Origin: a virus
Direction: 5' to 3' (one strand)
DNA: 64,000 nt
IMG/VR virus record: IMGVR_UViG_3300035696_000001
Shown here piece by piece: positions 26,459 through 34,995 of the stretch. Position 1 is the stretch's first letter. Each line of letters begins with the position of its first letter. The notes beneath the pieces were generated by a model. The model had not been told where the DNA came from, searched no databases, and was given only the letters and a program-made list of their open reading frames with translations. Both the position numbers and the translations under genes were made by a program.

Positions 26459-26809
26459 ATGGGGCACATCAAGCAAAACCGATTCAGGGGCAGCATGGCT
26501 GAGTACGGCGCGATAACGGCGCTGTTCGAGGACATCCCGGCGTCCGAGGTCAGCGTCACATCCGGGGCGCAACTTGCGTTCGACGCAGCCCGCGCCTTCA
26601 TCAAAGAGATGATCGCCAACCAATGCAGACTCGCCGGGTGCAAGCTGACAGGGCATCCCCATGGCGAGGGCGATGAGCATACGAACAAGTGCTGGTTCGG
26701 CATGAGGCAAGCTTACTACGCGGACAGGAACGCCAAAAAGCTGCTTCGAGAAGCCGAAGACCGGATGAAAATGCACGTCAAAGGCTTCGGAGGATTTGAG
26801 TTTGAATGA
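26459..26809 (+). CDS. Hypothetical protein
   Basis: GAGGGG SD before the ATG at 26459. Confidence 0.35.
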   Translation: MGHIKQNRFRGSMAEYGAITALFEDIPASEVSVTSGAQLAFDAARAFIKEMIANQCRLAGCKLTGHPHGEGDEHTNKCWFGMRQAYYADRNAKKLLREAEDRMKMHVKGFGGFEFE

Positions 26810-27216
26810 GCGAAGCATACTGGAAGGCGCGGTACCACGCAGCGGAGAGGGCGTTCCAGAAGCTCAAGGTTATCACCAAGCAAGTCCCTGCGGGCACGTG
26901 GACTGCCGACTACCGTAAACTGGCGGAGGCGGTGCATACCCTTGGGCGCGACGTATTCTGGGTGCCCCTTTGCGGCGGCTGCGGCAAATGCGAGGAGTGC
27001 CTGAAGGTCGAGCCTTCAAGTCGGGGGGAGGAAAAACCTATGGGTGACACAGTCAAGGCTACGAGCGGCATGGTCAAGTTTTGCGAGAAACACCAGCGGG
27101 AGTACGAGGTGATAAATTACGGAGACCGCTTCGGGATGGAATGCCCGGCATGCCGGGAGGAAGCCGAGTCCGAGCACACTGTGGCGTTCCTTGACCGGGT
27201 GGAATTTCCCAAGTAA
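26806..27216 (+). CDS. Hypothetical Cys-rich (zinc-binding?) protein
   Basis: CGGCGKCEEC and CPACREE pairs. Confidence 0.4.
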   Translation: MSEAYWKARYHAAERAFQKLKVITKQVPAGTWTADYRKLAEAVHTLGRDVFWVPLCGGCGKCEECLKVEPSSRGEEKPMGDTVKATSGMVKFCEKHQREYEVINYGDRFGMECPACREEAESEHTVAFLDRVEFPK

Positions 27217-27261
27217 CCAAAACCTCCGTCCTGGCTGTACACTATGGGCAGGAGGGTCACC

Positions 27262-27606
27262 ATGTATACAGGGAAGATCGTCAATGAGGGCGAGATCAAG
27301 GACGTTGACCGTATCGTCACGAATGGCGAGGGCAAGGTGCTTGACCTTGAAGCCAGCCTTAGGGTCGTGAACCATTCCCCAACAGGGTTCTGCTGGGGCT
27401 ACAACGGCTCCGGCCCGGCGCAGCTTGCGCTCGCCATCCTGCTCGACCACCTCAACGGCGACCGCGCTTACGCGCTGTCGATCTACCAAGACTTCAAGGA
27501 CAAGGTCATCGCCCGGCTTCCGATAGACGAGGACTTCGTGCTGACCGACCAGCAGGTCGAGTCCGCCATCACCGAGATCAACATTGAAAGAATGCGGAGA
27601 GCGTGA
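27262..27606 (+). CDS. Hypothetical protein (SPTGFCWGYNGSGPAQLALAIL motif)
   Basis: AGGAGGG SD before the second ATG. Confidence 0.4.
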   Translation: MYTGKIVNEGEIKDVDRIVTNGEGKVLDLEASLRVVNHSPTGFCWGYNGSGPAQLALAILLDHLNGDRAYALSIYQDFKDKVIARLPIDEDFVLTDQQVESAITEINIERMRRA

Positions 27607-28049
27607 GCGAATGGTTAAACCTAAGAAGAGACCGAAGCCCTGCTCCATGAAGATAGTTAGAATTCCTTTGTACATCGAACGTGCTGTTCAGCGGTTGGCA
27701 GATGACGAAGACCTATGCCGTGCTTTGCAAAGCGCAATGCCTTACTGCGTGCATGTTGTTGGAACGAGTTTCCATAACGCTACAGTGGAAGCAGGACACC
27801 GAGAAGACGAAGAATTACGGAAGCAAGACCTTTGCAAGCGGAAAGGTGGCGTAGCATGAAAATGGGAACCGAAGCCCTGCAATCCACACGCGAAGCCGAG
27901 TCGCTCATCGGCTCGCCGGTCACCCAGATGTTCATGGACAGTTTTCCCGAGCATCGTTTGGCGTGGCTCAGAGAAGCGCGGAAAATTCTCCGTGCGAACG
28001 GCGTCAAGCCAGAGAATCTCGACGGGCCGTGGCACACGGAGTAGTCGCC

Positions 28050-28355
28050 ATGAGAAAACTAACTTTTGCGCAATATCAGGTTCTTCAAGCATTGCTGGAC
28101 GGTAAGCCGTTCTGCGAGTTTTTAACCTTCGATAACCGCCGTTTGGTTTTTCGCACGTTGGGTAACTCTGTTCCTGCGCGTTTGAACTATGTGCTGGACG
28201 GCAAGCGGGTAGCGTACCGAACCTTTCGATCCCTGTTCAAGGCGAACATGATCAAACCGGGCAAGTACAAAGGTGACAACGATCCCGGAGACGGCATTAC
28301 GCAATTTTACCTCACTGAATTAGGGTATAAAACGTTGGTTGGAAACAAATGCTGA
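28050..28355 (+). CDS. Hypothetical protein
   Basis: Start at the internal Met, with GGAG SD. Confidence 0.4.
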   Translation: MRKLTFAQYQVLQALLDGKPFCEFLTFDNRRLVFRTLGNSVPARLNYVLDGKRVAYRTFRSLFKANMIKPGKYKGDNDPGDGITQFYLTELGYKTLVGNKC

Positions 28356-28554
28356 GTGGGCAACCTAATGCCAAAAGTCACGCGCAAGCAAAAAGCCGTT
28401 GAACTTCGTTGCCGCTTAGAGAATGGCCCGGCATTTGGGTTTCCCGGTCAAGAATTCACGCCAGAAATAGCGGCGCGGGATTTTCGCATCTGGTGCAATT
28501 CGTGGATTTTGCCTGTGGTTGACGAACTTGTTCCAGAATTGAGAAAGAAGAAGA

Positions 28555-29088
28555 ATGTCTGAATGTATCAGAGTACTGCCCCTGCGCTATTGGGACGACC
28601 CGGCGCTGTCCAAGGTCTGCGACAAGGTCGGCGACGGCGAGTTCGGGCCACAGCTTGAGGAGTTTGCCCGCCAGCTTGCGGCCACGATGGACGCCAACAA
28701 CGGCATCGGGCTGGCAGCCCCGCAAGTCGGCGTGCTCAGGCGAATGTTCGTGATGCGGTTTCCCGACCACCGGAATGCCGCGCCCATAACCGTGTGCAAC
28801 CCGGTGATGGTTTTCAGCGGGGCGAATTTGGCTGAGAGCGAGGGCTGCCTGAGCGTGCCGGGAGTGCATGTCCCGGTGTTTCGGGCATCGCATGCCAACA
28901 TGACGTACCGCACGCCGTCTGGCGAACACGTGGAATTGCTGCTAGACTTGTGGGACGCTCGCGTGGCGGCCCATGAGAGAGATCATTTAGACGGGATTAT
29001 GATGTTCGACCGGCTCAGGGTGTCGAGGCAGGTCAGCCGGGCGGCGTTGCGCGAGTGGGAGAAGGAAAAGAGGAAGCGGGGACTTTGA
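28555..29088 (+). CDS. def: Peptide deformylase
   Basis: All three PDF motifs present: GIGLAAPQVG, EGCLSVPG and HERDHLDG. Confidence 0.85.
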   Translation: MSECIRVLPLRYWDDPALSKVCDKVGDGEFGPQLEEFARQLAATMDANNGIGLAAPQVGVLRRMFVMRFPDHRNAAPITVCNPVMVFSGANLAESEGCLSVPGVHVPVFRASHANMTYRTPSGEHVELLLDLWDARVAAHERDHLDGIMMFDRLRVSRQVSRAALREWEKEKRKRGL

Positions 29089-29354
29089 GCGACCGTGCAC
29101 AACATTACAAGTTGGCAGGATGTCGCTCTCTCTCCTTGATCTGGTTACCGGGTCTTGTAGTCTCATTGACCGCCTTGGCGAACAAAAAGACTCAGTACCC
29201 ACGATCATCCTCTATCTGGTACGCCTGCATCTGCGGCGCTGAGGCTATTATATGCTCAACTTTGCATTTGTATATAGTTACAGGCATTTCCACTGCTTTC
29301 TTTTTGGTCAACATAGCCTTCGCCGTTTGGCGACCTATTAAGAAGGAGATTTAA

Positions 29355-29585
29355 TTGGCGACGACAGACCTTGACGGCGCGAATCTGCTGCTCCTGCGTG
29401 AGGGCATGCTGGTGACCCTCACCCTCGGCGACAAGAGCTACACCGGCGTCCTTAGGATGCGCAGGGAAGGCGTCCGAGAGTCCTGGTTCATAGCGCTGAT
29501 CTATCGGGCTGGGGACGACGTCCACGAAATCAAGATTCACAGGCGCGAAGGCGCGGTGGAGATCACTGATAAGAAGGAGGTTTGA
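29355..29585 (+). CDS. Hypothetical protein
   Basis: 76-aa ORF after a 270-bp lower-GC non-coding stretch (29089..29354). Confidence 0.35.
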   Translation: MATTDLDGANLLLLREGMLVTLTLGDKSYTGVLRMRREGVRESWFIALIYRAGDDVHEIKIHRREGAVEITDKKEV

Positions 29586-29816
29586 ATGACCCCCTGCGGG
29601 TGCCCGCCAGAGACGTTCTGGACGCTGCTCCATGACGCGGCGCATTGGGAATTCGAGCTTTTCCTGATGCTGGTCTTTGACGGCATCATCGGCGCGATTG
29701 CGTGGCCGTTCATAAAGAAGCACTGGCAGCACCACGTTGAGAGGGACACGGCGGAGGGGCGATGAAGAAGGGGGAAAGTCGAGTCATTATCAAGAGCGAC
29801 GGTCTGGAGGAAAGCA

Positions 29817-30902
29817 GTGGGCGAGTTTACCGAGCAACGGTTTGATTATTCTGCGGGACGCGAAGATGCCCCTGAATTGACTATTATGGTGGGGATCAGC
29901 GGCTCGGGGAAATCTACGCTCGTTAAGCAATGGATAAACCGTGGGCGTGGCGACATCGTGCGCCTGAACCGGGACAGCTTGCGTGCCATGCTGTATATAG
30001 ATGTGCCTTGGAGTAATAATTTGGAGAACTTAACGCGTGACGTGCAAAAGCACGCTGCGATTTTAGCGCTCCAACGGGGTAAGGATGTGATTATTGATGA
30101 TTGTAATCATCTTCGTCAAGTTCGTCAAAAATGGGAAGAGTTTGCCAAGGAAAACCGGGCGAAGTTTCGTATCGTAACAATGACTACAGACCTCGACGTT
30201 TGCATCAAGCGGGATTCCAAGCGCGAGGGTAAGGAAAAAGTTGGCGAGGGTGTGATTCGCCGCCAGTACAAGGATTTGCATGCTTTGGACAGGACTTCTA
30301 GGAAGGAAACGGCTCCGGCGAAGCTGACCCGCCCGTACTTCGAGCGCACCGAGTACCTCAAGAACGGTGGGTGGGTCACCCGCCTGCCCAACGCCAAGTG
30401 GGTGCTGGTGGACGTTGACGGCACGCTGGCGAACCATGTCGGCGTGCGCGGCCCCTACGACGAGTCCCGAGTGCTTGAGGATTCGGTGTGGGAGCCTGTC
30501 GCCGAGATGGTGCGCTCGCTGTACCCTAGCCACAACGTCTGCGTGGTGTCCGGCCGCCACGACTTTTGCGGCGACGACACGTGCGACTGGCTGGAGATGA
30601 ACGCCGTCCCGTTCGACCACATACTGATGCGGTACAGCGGGGACAACCGCTCTGACATTGTCATCAAGCAGGAGCTTCTCGACGAGCTTTCGGCGGTGAT
30701 CGGCAAGGAGAGCATAGCGTTCGTGATCGACGACCGCCCTCGGGTCTGCGAGATGTGGAGGAGCAACGGCCTCGCGGTGAAGCAGGTTTTCGCCGGGGAG
30801 GTCTTGGAAAACCCGACTCTTAAACATGCGGACGGATGCGCCTATGAGAAGCAAACGGGCTACCGGCGCTGCCCGGACTGCGGGGCTTTAGAGTATTTTT
30901 AG
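29817..30902 (+). CDS. pnkp: Polynucleotide kinase-phosphatase (T4 Pnk/PseT-like)
   Basis: N-terminal P-loop kinase GISGSGKST. C-terminal HAD 3'-phosphatase LVDVDGTLA..VVSGR. Same domain order as T4 Pnk. GTG start with GGAGG SD. Confidence 0.8.
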   Translation: MGEFTEQRFDYSAGREDAPELTIMVGISGSGKSTLVKQWINRGRGDIVRLNRDSLRAMLYIDVPWSNNLENLTRDVQKHAAILALQRGKDVIIDDCNHLRQVRQKWEEFAKENRAKFRIVTMTTDLDVCIKRDSKREGKEKVGEGVIRRQYKDLHALDRTSRKETAPAKLTRPYFERTEYLKNGGWVTRLPNAKWVLVDVDGTLANHVGVRGPYDESRVLEDSVWEPVAEMVRSLYPSHNVCVVSGRHDFCGDDTCDWLEMNAVPFDHILMRYSGDNRSDIVIKQELLDELSAVIGKESIAFVIDDRPRVCEMWRSNGLAVKQVFAGEVLENPTLKHADGCAYEKQTGYRRCPDCGALEYF

Positions 30903-30946
30903 TCTGGAAAATCCGGCTTCCGCAGTATTAAACAGCAGAGGCTTGG

Positions 30947-31738
30947 ATGTTCGTTTACCTGATCGTCAACGACGTGAATCTGAAGATTTACGTCGGCAAG
31001 ACCATCAGCAAAAATCTACAACTTTACTTTCAAAAGAAGCTTTGGGACGCAGAGCACCCCGAGTCCTCCCGAGGAAATTCCCATCTTTTTGCTTCTGTTC
31101 GTAAATACGGACGCGAACACTTCCACATCTTTCCGCTGTTCGAGGGTCAAACTAACGAAGAAATCTGCGTCCATGAGAAGCTACTCATAAAGGTTCTCGC
31201 TGTGCAGAATTCTGAGATTGGTTACAACATCTGCCGTGGTGGTGAAGGGCGCATGGGGTCGCACACCGCCGAGACCATCGTCAAAATTAGTAAGTCTAAT
31301 AAAATTACAAAGTCTGACCAGAAATATCGTGCTAAAGCCAGTGAAACCATGAAACAAACATGGAGAATCAATCCGCAAAATCGGATTAGGCTTAGTGAAT
31401 CTACTAAAAATAAATGGTCTACTCCTGAGTTTCGTGCAAAAGCCAGCGGAGGTATAAAGCAACGGTATATAACCGATCCGAATTATCGCTCCCAAATTTC
31501 CGAGGCGGGTAAAAAGCAGTGGATTGAAGCCGATCCTATAGAGCAAGTTAAAAGGGTAGAACGGTTAGTCAAAGCTACGAAAAGAAGGTGGGTAAAGTAC
31601 AGGGAAGAAACCAAAGAACTGACCGCACAAATTGTCAATTTACATCAAAAGGGATGGACTCAAAGGGCCATAGCGCATGAACTGAGCATAGGGAAAAGTA
31701 CAGTTCATAGCCGCTTAAAACAGACAAGAGATTACTAG
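30947..31738 (+). CDS. GIY-YIG homing endonuclease with NUMOD3 repeats and C-terminal HTH
   Basis: VYLIVNDVNLKIYVGKT (GIY) and YNICRGG (YIG). Repeated SHTAETIVKISKSN, ASETMKQTW and LSESTKNKWS NUMOD3 motifs. Markedly AT-richer than its flanks. Confidence 0.75.
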   Translation: MFVYLIVNDVNLKIYVGKTISKNLQLYFQKKLWDAEHPESSRGNSHLFASVRKYGREHFHIFPLFEGQTNEEICVHEKLLIKVLAVQNSEIGYNICRGGEGRMGSHTAETIVKISKSNKITKSDQKYRAKASETMKQTWRINPQNRIRLSESTKNKWSTPEFRAKASGGIKQRYITDPNYRSQISEAGKKQWIEADPIEQVKRVERLVKATKRRWVKYREETKELTAQIVNLHQKGWTQRAIAHELSIGKSTVHSRLKQTRDY

Positions 31739-31779
31739 ACGGCTAGCTTTCCGCCTCTTTTTGTAGGATAATCACTGAC

Positions 31780-32271
31780 ATGGCCTCGAAGAAAAATGAC
31801 ATCGAAAAGGCGCTGGGGAAGATCGGTGAAAACGCTCGTGCGGTCGGCAAGGCGGCGGAGAGCCTGAGCAAAGAGTGGCGTCAGACCCTCGACGACGTCA
31901 ACGAGGCGGACAAGGCATTCGGCGACGAGGTGTTTCAGAATAAGGAAAATTTTGTGGATTTCCTGAGAAGCAAAATCAGAAACGGCAAAACTGAAATCCG
32001 CGTGATGCAGGTTGGGCCGGATGGTCTCCTTACCGACGTCTCGGACAAGGTCAATGCAAAAGACCTCAAACCCGAGGACATCAGCGGCATCCAGACCGAA
32101 AACGGCAGGACAATACCAATCGGTCAGAGCAGGGAAGCCGCCTATCGGCTCTTGCAAGAACTGCTGACCTCAGCATCGGCAGCAAGCCAATTCGGCACAT
32201 CGGAATCGATCAGAAGAATGGAGCTTGTTTTGGCTGAGAGCGACAAAATTTTGGAGCATTGGAAGAAGTGA
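31780..32271 (+). CDS. Hypothetical protein
   Basis: 163-aa ORF, followed by a GC-rich stem-loop. Confidence 0.45.
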   Translation: MASKKNDIEKALGKIGENARAVGKAAESLSKEWRQTLDDVNEADKAFGDEVFQNKENFVDFLRSKIRNGKTEIRVMQVGPDGLLTDVSDKVNAKDLKPEDISGIQTENGRTIPIGQSREAAYRLLQELLTSASAASQFGTSESIRRMELVLAESDKILEHWKK

Positions 32272-32315
32272 CCCCCCTTCGGTATTAGACCCCGAAGAGG
32301 GGTCTGGTACCGAAA

Positions 32316-33434
32316 ATGAAGCTTTTACTCAAGAATATCCTGCCCTTCGACCTGTTCAGGCGCATGCTTGACGAGGGATACGTCCGCTCGCAGGTGCATC
32401 CCCTTTATCCTGAGTTGGTTGTCTTCAACTACACCGAGGCGGCCCAATTTGACCGTGCGTGGAATGAGGCGACCAACGTGTGCCGCGGCCTGGTCGTGCG
32501 GCTCGCAAACGGCGTGCTGGACGACGACGCCGAGGTGTTGGCGCGGCCTTTCAACAAGTTCCATAACCTGAACACTGCCTACGTGCCGGAGACTATGGAG
32601 GCGAGCCTGCCGGACGAGGCACCGCTTGTGACCACGAAGCTTGACGGCTCGATGGGCATCGTGTATTCGTACGACGGTCAATGGTGGGTCGCGACTCGCG
32701 GGTCGTTCGACTCGGATCAGGCACGCCGGGCGACAGCGTGGTACCGCCAGCACATAGCCGTGGGGTTTCCCCAGAACTGGCCCGACGGCGTTACGCCCGT
32801 GTGCGAGATCATCTACCCGGAGAACCGGATCGTCGTGGACTACGACTTCGAAGGATTGGTGTTGCTCTCGATGATCGAGAACGCAACCGGGCGCGAGCTT
32901 GCCCGCGACGAGGTGGAGGCATGGGCGAGAGTCAACGTGCTCCAGATCGTTGATAAGTTTGACAAGACGCTAGCGGAGTGCGCGGCTGAGAACGCGCTGA
33001 ACGAGGAGGGGTACGTTTTGACTTACTCGAACGGCGTGAAGGTGAAGGTGAAGTTCGCGGAGTACGTGCGGCTCCACCGCATCCTTACTGGGTTGAACCC
33101 GAAGGCGATCTGGGAGATGCTTGCCCAGAATTTCGGGGCGGGGGTGGATGCGATCCTTGCAGACCCGAAGATGCCCGTCACCTTCATCGAATGGTTCAAG
33201 GGGTGGGTGGATCAGCTTCGCAGGAAGTACGCGGAGATCGAGCGGGAGGCGCAGGCTGTGTTCGCCGCGCGTCCGCAGTCGCCCGTCCGCAAGGATCAGG
33301 CGCTCTACTTCATGCAGACGCCGCAGCACAAGTCTGTCCTGTTCGCAATGCTCGACGGCAAGGACTACGCCGGGATCATTTGGGACCGCATTGCGCCGAA
33401 GGGCAACCAGACGTTCAAGAAGGACGGAGAATAA
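32316..33434 (+). CDS. rnl: RNA ligase (T4 Rnl-like, ATP-dependent)
   Basis: Motif I TTKLDGSMG (KxDG), motif IV EEGYVL and motif V VKVKVKF. Partner of Pnkp. Confidence 0.7.
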   Translation: MKLLLKNILPFDLFRRMLDEGYVRSQVHPLYPELVVFNYTEAAQFDRAWNEATNVCRGLVVRLANGVLDDDAEVLARPFNKFHNLNTAYVPETMEASLPDEAPLVTTKLDGSMGIVYSYDGQWWVATRGSFDSDQARRATAWYRQHIAVGFPQNWPDGVTPVCEIIYPENRIVVDYDFEGLVLLSMIENATGRELARDEVEAWARVNVLQIVDKFDKTLAECAAENALNEEGYVLTYSNGVKVKVKFAEYVRLHRILTGLNPKAIWEMLAQNFGAGVDAILADPKMPVTFIEWFKGWVDQLRRKYAEIEREAQAVFAARPQSPVRKDQALYFMQTPQHKSVLFAMLDGKDYAGIIWDRIAPKGNQTFKKDGE

Positions 33435-33580
33435 AAGTTCCCGTGCGGTAACATTTCGTTGGTTTTGCCCCAAAACCGACAGAATGCTCCCGTGCGGGAA
33501 CATTGTATTCCAAAGGAACGTTATACTCCAAGTAACTGATCCTGCTGGGGTTATTCCCTTTTCCCTTTCTGGCCTTTTCA

Positions 33581-33600
33581 GGGGACTCCGCTGTATACTA
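33581..33600 (+). promoter_or_regulatory. Repeated promoter-like motif copy 1 (GGGGACTCCGCTGTATACTA)
   Basis: Extended -10-like TGTATACT. 30 nt shared with copy 2. Lies 19 nt before the ATG at 33619. Confidence 0.35.
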
Positions 33601-33618
33601 TAGGCGGAGAAACGATAA

Positions 33619-34995
33619 ATGAAGAAATCTACGGTCTTTTGGATGGTCGTGGCCGCCCTCGCTGTCCGCATCGCTTTCATGGTGGCGTTTGATACGTATC
33701 ACTTCGTTGGCGTAGACGACATGACCAAGGTCGGTGAAACGACGAACATCGCGGCGTCCATCGCCAGGGGGCACGGATTCAGTTCACCGTTCGGCGGCGA
33801 ATACACGGGGCCGACAGCTTGGATTGCCCCCGTCTATCCGTACTTCATTGCCCTTGTGTTCCACTTCTTTGGGATATTCTCGAACGCCTCAGCGGCAGTC
33901 GTTTTCACGATTCAAGCACTGTTTTCCGCCTTGACTGTCATTCCGATTTTGGGCATCGCCAATAAAACTGTCGGGAAGCGTTCCGGTTTGGTAGCCGCTT
34001 GGACATGGACTCTTTTCCCTTGGTTTAGCAAATGGGCATTAACTTGGGAGTGGGAAGTCAGCTTGAGTGCGTTGCTCCTCTCCTTAATCGTTTGGTACAT
34101 GCTCAGTCTGGAAAAGGCAGCCGCCGTTAAGTCGTGGGCTGGGTTTGGAATCCTAGAGGGATTCGCTCAGCTAGTCAATCCGGCACTGAGCGCCGTTCTC
34201 CCGGTTGCATTTGCGTGGCAGGTCTACAAACTGCGATTCAACCGCAAAGAGTGACTCAAGCCGGTCGTGGCGCTGCTGGCGTGCGTCGCCACAATAACAC
34301 CTTGGGTAGTGCGAAATCGCGTTGTGTTCGGACAATGGGTGTTCCTGCGCGGCAACTTCGGTTACGAGTTCGCCCTTGGCAACTACCATAACAGCTTCGG
34401 GCGCGGGTGGGGAGGGTTTCACCCTTCGGGTAACTTGCGCGAATACGACGACTACAAGCGCATGGGCGAGGCGGCTTACATCGAATCCCATAAAGAAAAA
34501 GGCCTCCAGTTTGTGCGCCAGTACCCGGTTGAATTCGTTACGCTAACAGCGAAACGGGTTTCCTACTTTTGGGATGGGAGCGCCGTCGGTTACCGGGCAC
34601 CCGTCGCCAAGCATTGGATTCCGTCCAGCTTCGGCGTGATCTCATTATTGCTGCTTCCAGCCCTGCTGATTACGTACAGGAATCGGGTACCGGCATGGCA
34701 AGCGTTCTTCGGTGTGTTTCTGCTGTACCCGGCACCCTATTATCTTACGTTCAGTCAATTGCGTTACCGGCACGCCGTTGAGCCTCTCATGGTAATTCTA
34801 ATCTCTTACGCCGTGGTCAACGCCATAACTGCGATCTATCAAAGTTTTTTAGGTTTGCGTCTTCCTAGCCTTTTCGGGGGACTCCGCTGTATACTACCGA
34901 CGAAAGCAGCGACGTCTGCGGCACCCGCTGCCCGAAGTCGGAGAAATCCGAAGGGCAAACGTCCTGCAAATTTTATGCTCAAGGACTCGTTATGA
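33619..34995 (+). pseudogene. GT-C fold membrane glycosyltransferase (ArnT/PMT-like) interrupted by a single in-frame TGA at 34252
   Basis: ORFs 33619..34254 and 34267..34995 are in the same frame, separated only by TGA 34252..34254 (NRKE*LKPVVALLA). Together ~455 aa with multiple TM helices and a first-loop VGVDD..GE acidic motif, typical of ArnT/PMT_2. May be a readthrough/recoded gene, a pseudogene or a sequencing error. Confidence 0.45.
34876..34896 (+). promoter_or_regulatory. Repeated promoter-like motif copy 2 (GGGGGACTCCGCTGTATACTA)
   Basis: Same 30-nt element as 33571..33600. Lies ~95 nt upstream of the CCA-enzyme gene start. Confidence 0.3.

Noticed and set aside
29089-29354. 270-bp lower-GC non-coding stretch before 29355, considered for a tRNA or sRNA
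   Set aside because: Only short hairpins are present (CGCC-GTTT-GGCG) and no cloverleaf or conserved motif was seen. It is left unannotated.
33619-34995. Genome-wide TGA recoding to explain the in-frame TGA at 34252
   Set aside because: TGA clearly terminates many genes here, including numerous ATGA/GTGA overlap junctions. Only a local event or an error is plausible.
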